Below are positions 53,001 to 62,000 of a stretch of DNA of 64,000 nucleotides, piece after piece. How positions within the stretch are numbered: the first letter of the stretch is position 1; the number at the start of each line of letters is the position of its first letter. The position numbers were made by a program, and so were the translations under genes. The stretch is from Monocercomonoides exilis PA203 (taxonomy: Eukaryota > Protista > Preaxostyla): contig LSRY02000006.1 in NCBI GenBank assembly GCA_001643675.2, forward strand, positions 1,240,001 through 1,304,000. Direction: 5' to 3'. The notes beneath the pieces are model-generated. The model saw only the letters and a program-made list of their open reading frames with translations, had not been told where the DNA came from and made no database searches.

Positions 53001-56000
53001 TTTCAATGCAATTTTGCATATGCTGGATCCGATGGCGTTGAGCTGATATCTGGTTTAAAAGGAACTTTGAATATTTCGCTAACAACTTTTTCTCATATGA
53101 ATTCTCTCACACATCCAATTATTTCTGTGAGTGGACCTGTAATATTGCAAGTTGAAACCTGCACTTTCAATGATCTTTCAAGCGGGAGTTGTGCAATTAA
53201 GCTTGCTGAGTGCAGTTCAAATTGCCAAATATCCGAATGTACATTTGATCAAATCACGCGATCTTCATTAAATGGATCTGCAATATGCATTACTGCTGGA
53301 AATGGTCCTGTCATTGTTAAGTCCAATAATTTTTCTTTTTGTCGCTCAGCTGGAGATTCTTCAAGCGGTGGAGCTATGTTTTCCTTGATTGAAGAAGGGT
53401 CAAGCCGAATTCAAATAAGCAACAATTCATTTTCTGATTGCTCAACTCCGTTTGATAATACGAAATCTGGAAAAGGAGGAGGTTTGGGACTGTGTATTAT
53501 GAATACTCAAGCCAGCTTATTAGTTACGAACGGCTCAGATGCAAAATGGAGTAACAACAACGCAAAGATTGGAAAGCACATGTTTGTTGAAGCTGATGAT
53601 CTGATGGAAGTGGTGAAGCCTTCATCATTTGTCGGGTTTAGCACAACAGAATGGGAGCAGGACGAGTTTTCTGGGATCTACTCTTCTCAGCCAGATTTGG
53701 TAATTCCTTTAAAGCTGTTATTTGTGGAATTAGCAACTTCATTGCTTGTTTCAACTAACGTTTCTTCAGCCACTGATTCTCCTGTTTGTGGAAGAAGTGA
53801 AGTTTTCCCTTGTGCTTCTCTTGAGTATTCATTATTACAACATGTTTCTTCTTTGAACAGCGCATCAATTTTGGGCCAAGTGGAGCAAAGAAGCCAGCTT
53901 ATCATTGAAGACGTGCAAAAGACACTCGATAAATCTGGGGATAAAGCTTATATTCTGATTAACCAATCAGCCTCAATATCATCAGTTTTTCGAATAAGAG
54001 CCAACTTTACTGTTAATAACTTAATATTCGGTATATTAGCAAACACAGCTGTTCTTGAAGCTGCTTTATGCGTTGAACAGAATACGCTAACAATGAGTAA
54101 CTGTGCACTTCAGCCAAAAAATGATGGAAGCGCAGAATCTGTGTCATTAATTATTGTTAGCGGAGGAAGTTGCTTCCTTTCTTCATTTTCATTTTACGAA
54201 GTTACTGATGCTTCTTCAAAAGCTGCATTATTTGTTGGAAAGCCATTTGTCTTTGTGAATGATTCAGGCTCTTTTACTGCAAATGACTGTAATATAGTTT
54301 CAAGAGCTTCTCAGAATTGTCCACTTTTTGAAGGAAAAGGAAGATCGTTAACATTCGTTAACTGCATTTTTTCAAATTTGGGAAATGTTACACAGCCATT
54401 AATCTTCATAAGCTCTGGTTGTATTGGCGCATTAAGTGATTTTTGTGCATTTCGAAATATCCAATCTACCAATAGCGATATTATCAGGGTTGAAAATTCA
54501 TCTGAAATATCTTTGACTTCAGTAGAAATTGCAGATTCATCGTTTTCAGGTTCATCTTTCTGTTGCTGCGAAGCATCTTGCTCTGCGACTATTTCACTGT
54601 GTAATTTTACTGCGATCAAACGATTATCTGGAAATGGCTCTGCATTACACTGTGTTTTGAGCAATGACGGCAAGCTGAGCTGCCAGAATTGTCAATTTGT
54701 TGAATGCGCAGTAAATGGAGATGAGTCAAACGGGGGTGCTCTTTTCTGCTCAATTGCACCAACAGCCTTGACGGCTGTTCTGGCAAATAATTCTTTCGAA
54801 AAATGCTCGGCGCCAAATGCCACGCTCAATGGAGGACTTGGAGGCGGCTTCTTGCTGCTTTTAAGTGAAAATGGCGGAACATTTACGATCAAAACAACAT
54901 CCGATTCTCGTTGGGTGGATAATTCAGCGAAATATGGAACAAATTTATTCATTGAATCTGTTGCTCTCAATGAAGTTGTTAATCAATTGTCTTTTATTGG
55001 ATTTCAGACAGATTTGTGGGGAGATAACGATTTCTGCGGATATCATATACCAAACGAAATTGATGTTGTGCCTCTTCGCTTTTTCTTCACTGACTTATCA
55101 TTACAAGTGTTTGTAGATGACACGGGAATCGACAACTCTGCCTGCGGAGACAAGGATTATCCTTGCAACTCATTCAGCTATGCATTTTCCAAACTGGGTT
55201 CAGGAATTCGAAATGTGAAGATTGTCTCAGAAGTGAAACAACAAGAAACTTTGGATTTATCTGAAGGCAGCGTAATTATCAATGGCCTTGGAACAGGCTC
55301 AAATGCGCTTGTGACGATCGAACAAAGCGAAAGCGATTCTTCAGCTTTATTTAATATTTCTATTCCTTGGGAATTTATTTCGGTGACTTTTCAGATTTGT
55401 GCGATGCAAAATTCAATAACATCATGCTTCTTGGTTTCGCTTTCTTCTCTTTCTCTTCATTCATGTAAGATCAAGCCAGCAACTTCCACACTTAGTGTTC
55501 CGTTTTCGTTTATAATTATGAATGATGGAAGTTTGGTGATGAATGATGTTTCATATGACCTCCAATCCTCATCTTCAACTGAACCACTTTTTTCATCGGC
55601 TTCATTAATTAAATTGCTTGGAGGAGAAGCCATTATCCAAAATTCTTTATTCCAGCAGAGGTCTTCAGTTAATGCCCCGCTGTTTTCTGCATCGGGCTCA
55701 TCTATATTGACCATCAGCGGATCATCATTTACAAAATTGAGAAGTACAAAATCACCAATTATTTCCGGAAATGAAATGGCAACTGTGAATTTAAATAGTT
55801 TTGAGGGTTCTTGCACTGAGTTTACTGATATCAAGGAATCCCAAGAAAGCCTTGTCGTAGCTTCTGATTCGTCAAATCTGAAAATTGAATCAGCAGTGTT
55901 TTCTAGCATTGCTTTGCAAAATGCATCTCTTATCAAGTTTAACTCCCAAAGGTCACTCAATTTGACTAATGGAACAATGAATTTAATATCCAAAGGAAAT

Positions 56001-59000
56001 GGGAAAGGTTCTTGTTTCGATTTGGTAGCTGCTCTAAGTTCAGAAATTATTATCAACAGTAGTAAATTTTCTGGGTGCGAAGTTTTACAAGAAGAAGCAG
56101 AAGGAGGTTGTGCCTTCTGCAAAATTGATGATAACCAACCGACTGTTTGCTTTATTTCAAATCAATACAGCAATTGTAAGGCTTTGACGAATGGAAAAGG
56201 AGGTGCAATTTCTTTGAGTCTTACTGTTTCTGATGCTCAATTTTCTTTCGCCAATCGTACAACTCCAGAAGGCTTAAAACTTCAAAGTGTTTTTGCTGAT
56301 AATTTTGCGTCTATAGGGAATAATCTGTTTATAACTTCACCTTCTTTAGCGTCATCAATGCTCCGGTCTCGGTTTGAGTTCTTTAACTATTATGATACAA
56401 CCATATATCACTCGTTTGATGATCAATGGAGTTGGAATCGGAATGATTATTGTGGAGTTGACAGCATGACATCCAATAGCATTTTATCGTTGGGATATTA
56501 TCTTATGGATCAGCACGATTCCATTCATGTAATGAGCGGCACGAGGCAAGGCCATGATGTCACAAACTGCGGGTTTTATGATCATCCATGTAGAACACTC
56601 ACCTACGCTATTGAAAGACAGTTAACTCCTCGGACACATCACGCAGGCAGACAATCTATAAAGATTATTGTTAACGAATCTGTTTATGCAAAGCAGCCTG
56701 TTGCTTCGAATGGTAAGCCATTCATTATAGAAAAGGAAAGCGAATCTTCAAATGATTATTCTTTGCTGATAATAGAAAGACTGAGCGATTCAGAGGCAGA
56801 AAGCCAGCAACCGCTGGATGATTCGTTTTTCGTTTTTGATTCAGAAACTAAATTTTTATCTTTATCGCTTATTGTACCAAAAGATTTAAATGGAAGAAAA
56901 CAACTTATTTCTCTTCTCGCAAACTCATTAACCATTTCTGATTGTCAGCTTCATTCTGATAATACTGCTCCTTTGAACTACGATTTCTTGTCTGTGACCT
57001 CTGGGTCTGTTGTTATCGAACAATTTTTAACGAATAACGGTGATTCTTTATTTGCAAGTGAAGTGTATGCGCCATCATTTGGTGAATGCTCATTTCTATC
57101 AACAGCAAACAGTAGCATTCAAATTGTTATTAGAAACAGTACTTTTAAGGATATTAATGTTCGAGGAAACACCTCATTGATGAATCTCGGTAATAATGTT
57201 GTTTTGCAATTGGAAGGGACTTCCTTCGAAAGTATAAGCCTGACTTCGCCGACATTTCCATCTTCTTCTTCAAGTTCGCATCTGATAAACATGTTACAAA
57301 ACTCGTCTTTGATTGTTCGGCCATTGGAAACAATTCCGTTAAAAGATTCGCATTTCACCTCAATTACTCTTCAAGAAGGATCACTGATTCGATCAATATA
57401 TCCAAAAGTGCTGTATATTTCTGCTTCTTTCAACGATATTAGCACAGCAAATGGCGATGGATCGTGTGTGCAACTAGGCAGCACAGATTTATTTGCTTTA
57501 AGTGCTCCTGATGAGTACAGCATAACTCCAAGTCCAATAATGTCTTCAATTCAAATCACCAACTCAGCGTTTTCTTCTTGTTATGCAAATAGCAAAACTG
57601 CCAAGGGAGGTGCACTCAAGCTACTTCTCCAGCAAGGAATGCTTCAGACTAATATAACAAATTGCTCATTTGAACGTTGCATTTGCCCAGATGACGATGA
57701 ATCAACTGCAAAAGGAGGAGCAGTGTATCTTCATCTGGATGATCCAGAAGTTAGATGGTTCTTTGAGATCTACAATCAAACTGCAACATCAGATTCAGTG
57801 TTTTTAGATAATGAAGCGCGATATGGCAGAAACTTATTTGTCTCGAGTTTTAATTTGTTATCTTCAGTGAAACGAGAGCGCTTCAACTCATTTAATGATC
57901 AATCTTGTTTGGACTGTCTTTCAGCAATGGAGGGTCATGACTCTCTTGACGATTCGATTGTTGTATCGTTGTGCTTCTATTTGATGAACCTGTCAAATGA
58001 GCTGTATATCAGTTATCAAAGCGATGATCGCAATATATGTGGATTTTTAGACTACCCTTGTAAGACTCTTCCTTTTGTTCTCAATCGATATAACGGAGCA
58101 GAATGTGTTGTTTATGTGTGTGAAATGTTCGAATTTTTCGATGAGTATGAAATAGCAAAAGACAACTTGTCCATTTTCCCAAAACCTCTTAGCGATGGAC
58201 CTAATGGAATCATCAGAATAAATGAAAGCAGAAATAATTTAAATGATGGAATGTTGACAATTCGGAAACTTTTGCAGATTGAAAAAATAAATTTTGTATT
58301 TGCAACAGATATATTAAACTCTGCGTTCATTTTCTTGGATAGAGGTAGCGCATCTTTGAAGTCGTGTTTCATTAATGTTAACTACAGTGGAGGCATCTCG
58401 TTCTCTTTTGCAACAATTGTTGGAGGAATTTTTGAATTGAATGAATTTTCATGTTCACAACTGAATGTGTTGTCAACGTCTTTAATTATGTCTCAGCAGA
58501 AAACAGATTTGGAAATATCAAATTCTGAATTTCTTTTCACACACTTTTCAGAAGGTTCAGTTGTTTCTTCTTTTTCGCAATGTCAATGCACAATTTTAAA
58601 CACAACGTTCGAGAATATTACTTCAAATGGAGATTATGGATCATGTATAAGATATTTTGAGAATTCGCTTGATGATCCTTCTGTTTCTACATATGCTTCT
58701 TCTTCTTCACTTTCTGCATCCACAACTTTGTGCAGTCAGTACAAAAATTTTGATCCTGTCTATCCATTTTCAATCACAAACTCATCTTTTTCACGTTGTC
58801 AGATCATTAATACAACTTCGTCATTACAACATGGATGGGGTGGTGCACTGTTTGTCTATCTGTCTCAAGATAGCTCATTTTATTTAAGTAAGACTTCAGT
58901 TATAGCATGTAAGGCTCCTTTTGGTGAAAGCGAGCATGGACGCGGAGGTGGCTTATGCCTGCTTCTTGGTTTTGACACGCTCAGCTGGATTGTTAACTGG

Positions 59001-62000
59001 ATGACTTTTCCAGAAGATACAAATCTTCAACACCAAAATGATGCAGCAACTGGAAAAGACCTTTTCCTTTTGGCGCCAAATTTAAATAAAACTGTAAATT
59101 CAATTTCATTACCATTCGTTCATCCTGAAAATGAAACTCATTCTGATTTTAACCATTTATTCTGGATTGGTCACAACTCAGGCGAGGAAGTGCCAATTCC
59201 TCTTCCTTATTATGTACTCTTTTTTGATACAAACACATTCATACAACCAGATGGAATTTCTGAAACCTGTCCAGAAGCATTTGTTTCAGATATGGGGGTT
59301 GATTCAACAGCCTGCGGGTTTTCGAAATATCCTTGTTTAACGATGCAATGGACAGAAGGAAGGTTAAAAGAACGATCTGACTTCAACTGTTCAATAATAA
59401 CTGTGATATCTTCTGTTACTCTAAAAGAGGAATTCGAGAGTTTGTTTGAAGCTTTGCTTATTAGACAAATCAATTCAAGAGTCTTTCTTAAAGTGGAAAA
59501 TGTTGAAAAAATAAATTACAAAGGAGTAATTCAGAATTCTCGAATATTAACATTGAGCAACGTCAACTTGAACATTCCAGTTGTGATTAATCATTTAGCT
59601 TTAATTTATCAAACACAAAATTATCTATCAATTGATAATACCACCATTCAATCAGCGGATTCTTCGTTAAATGCGTTTTCTTATCCATTGCTTATTGCTG
59701 ATGGTGGCCATACAGAAATTAGCAATCTACAAATAATTTCTGACATATCAACTGAAATTACTCACTCATCAAACGGGATCAGACAAAATGATAATATCAT
59801 TCCATTTACATTTAATTCTTCTTTTATTATAGTTAGGAATGAGTCAACAAACGTTTCATTGACAAATGTCGAGTTGAAATTTTGTGATATTAATGATTCG
59901 TCATTTATTACTGCACACAGCAAGGCAAATACCTGTATAAAGAATATGACAGCAAGCTTTATAAACTTGCGCAATGCTCAATTTATGGAATTTCAGCTTA
60001 CCGAATCTCTATTGATTGAAAAATTTATTGTTCAAAACATCTCCAGTGATGAAAGCCTCGCATTCATACGTGGAAGGCAAATTTCTTCTGTTAAGGTTAT
60101 TGAGTCGCTGTTTGAACTTGTTTCAACAGAAGGAGCTGCTATTTTCGAATTTGAAGATTGCATGAATACAGTTTTTGAAGAAAATGAGTTTATCGACATT
60201 ACATCAAGTAGTTCTTCCTGCGTTGTTTTGGTTAGTCCTTTGGGTGATGTATCAATTAAACAATGTGACTTTTCAAAGGTCATCAAGAAAAAGTGCAATG
60301 GTTCTTGTATTCTTATTCTTGAGCAACATTCGGATTATGCAGCTTTGCACAATAGCGAAGAAGATCCATCTACAGAAGAATCATGTGTAATAGATTCGTC
60401 AAAAGTATTAATTAATGCGTTTAATTGTTCGTTTGATTGTTGTGCGCTCGATACAGAAAACGATGCTTTGGGAGGCGCTTTGTGTGCTTTTTTGGATGAA
60501 TCATTAGCACTAGTCGTAAATGAAACACGCATATCTTCTTGCAGCTGCCCTGAAAACGCTGACTATTCATCATGCGGCGGAGGCATTTATTTATATCTTC
60601 ATAACTTGCAATCGCAATGGATTCTTTCTTCTCCAGTTTTCCCTCTGCTCGGTGAGTCAACTGCAAATAAAGCAAGATTCGGAAGAGACTTCTTCTTATC
60701 TTCCTTTTCTCTCCTTGATAATGTTAACAGATGTTCCATTCAAGGAGTAATTATTCCGGATGAATTAAATTCGATTGATAAATCGTCTCTTCAAGGATTT
60801 GATAATCATCAAAATCAGACTGCTATTTCGTTATTGTTTTACTTGATGACTCTTAATCAAACATTTCTTTTTGTCGATTCCACTGGATCAGATGTAACAA
60901 ATTGCGGATTTCGTAACAATCCATGCTGCACTGTTTCTTATGCATACTCTCACAGGCTCATTTCTACTCAAAACATCACAATTCAAAATGAGACGATATT
61001 TATTTCGCATTTTGTTGTTTTAGAGAATGAGTTGTGGATTCGCCCTCTTCTAATTGAAGGTGAAGAATTATATCTCTCAACGAGCCGCATGCTTTCTCAA
61101 AAAAATTCTTATAATTCTGAAATGCTTTCTTCTCATTTGATGCATAACTCTAAACGCAACGAACCCACAAATGCACTTATCGTAGTTGAAGACGATTCAG
61201 ACAATCCAAGAGGTGATCTTCCCGGTTCAGGTGATATCGGAGTGGTAGTTATTTCAAATAATTGCCACATAAGCCATGTTACATTTTTAATTGCTTCAAA
61301 GTTGAATGAATGGGATTATTTGTTCAACCAACGTAGTTCGACTTTCACTTTAGAGAACAGTGCCTTCAAAAGACGGAGCAATACTTATTCAATTCAGTGG
61401 TCTTTTATCTCTGTAAGTGGTGGTTCTTTTAGCTTGGTGGACTTCGCTTTTGAACAAGAATCAGATGATGTAATCTCTTCCCGGTTAAATACAATAAGAC
61501 TAAGTGAAAGTGGTTCTGCGCCATTTTTCAAAGGATGCACGTTTCTAAAGGCTTCAAATCAAGGAGTTGTAGCTTCTGTGAAAGACTTGAAAATCAGTGA
61601 TACACAATTCGAAAATGATCTTCCATTCTTCACTTGTTTAAAGAAAGCCCAAATGACAATCTCTTCATCTTCATTTTCTCTACAAAAACTAAGTAACTCT
61701 GTTTCTTATTTCGAGATAAATGATGGTTCATCTTTAAGTATCTTAAACTCTTCATTCAACACGATCACTTTAAACAGTTGTGATCCATTCTTCAAATGCC
61801 AAGAAAATGCATGTTTCACGCTTGTTGATGTCAAATTTTTATCATTTATAAATCCTGGAACTCAAATAATTTGTTTAGAAAACGATTGCAAAACTACTTT
61901 TACTGAATTGAACTTTTCAAGGATCAGCGGTCAAAACTATGATGGAATTTGCGTTTGCATAGGCGATGCTGGTTCAACTAGCAGCGGATTTGATACAGAA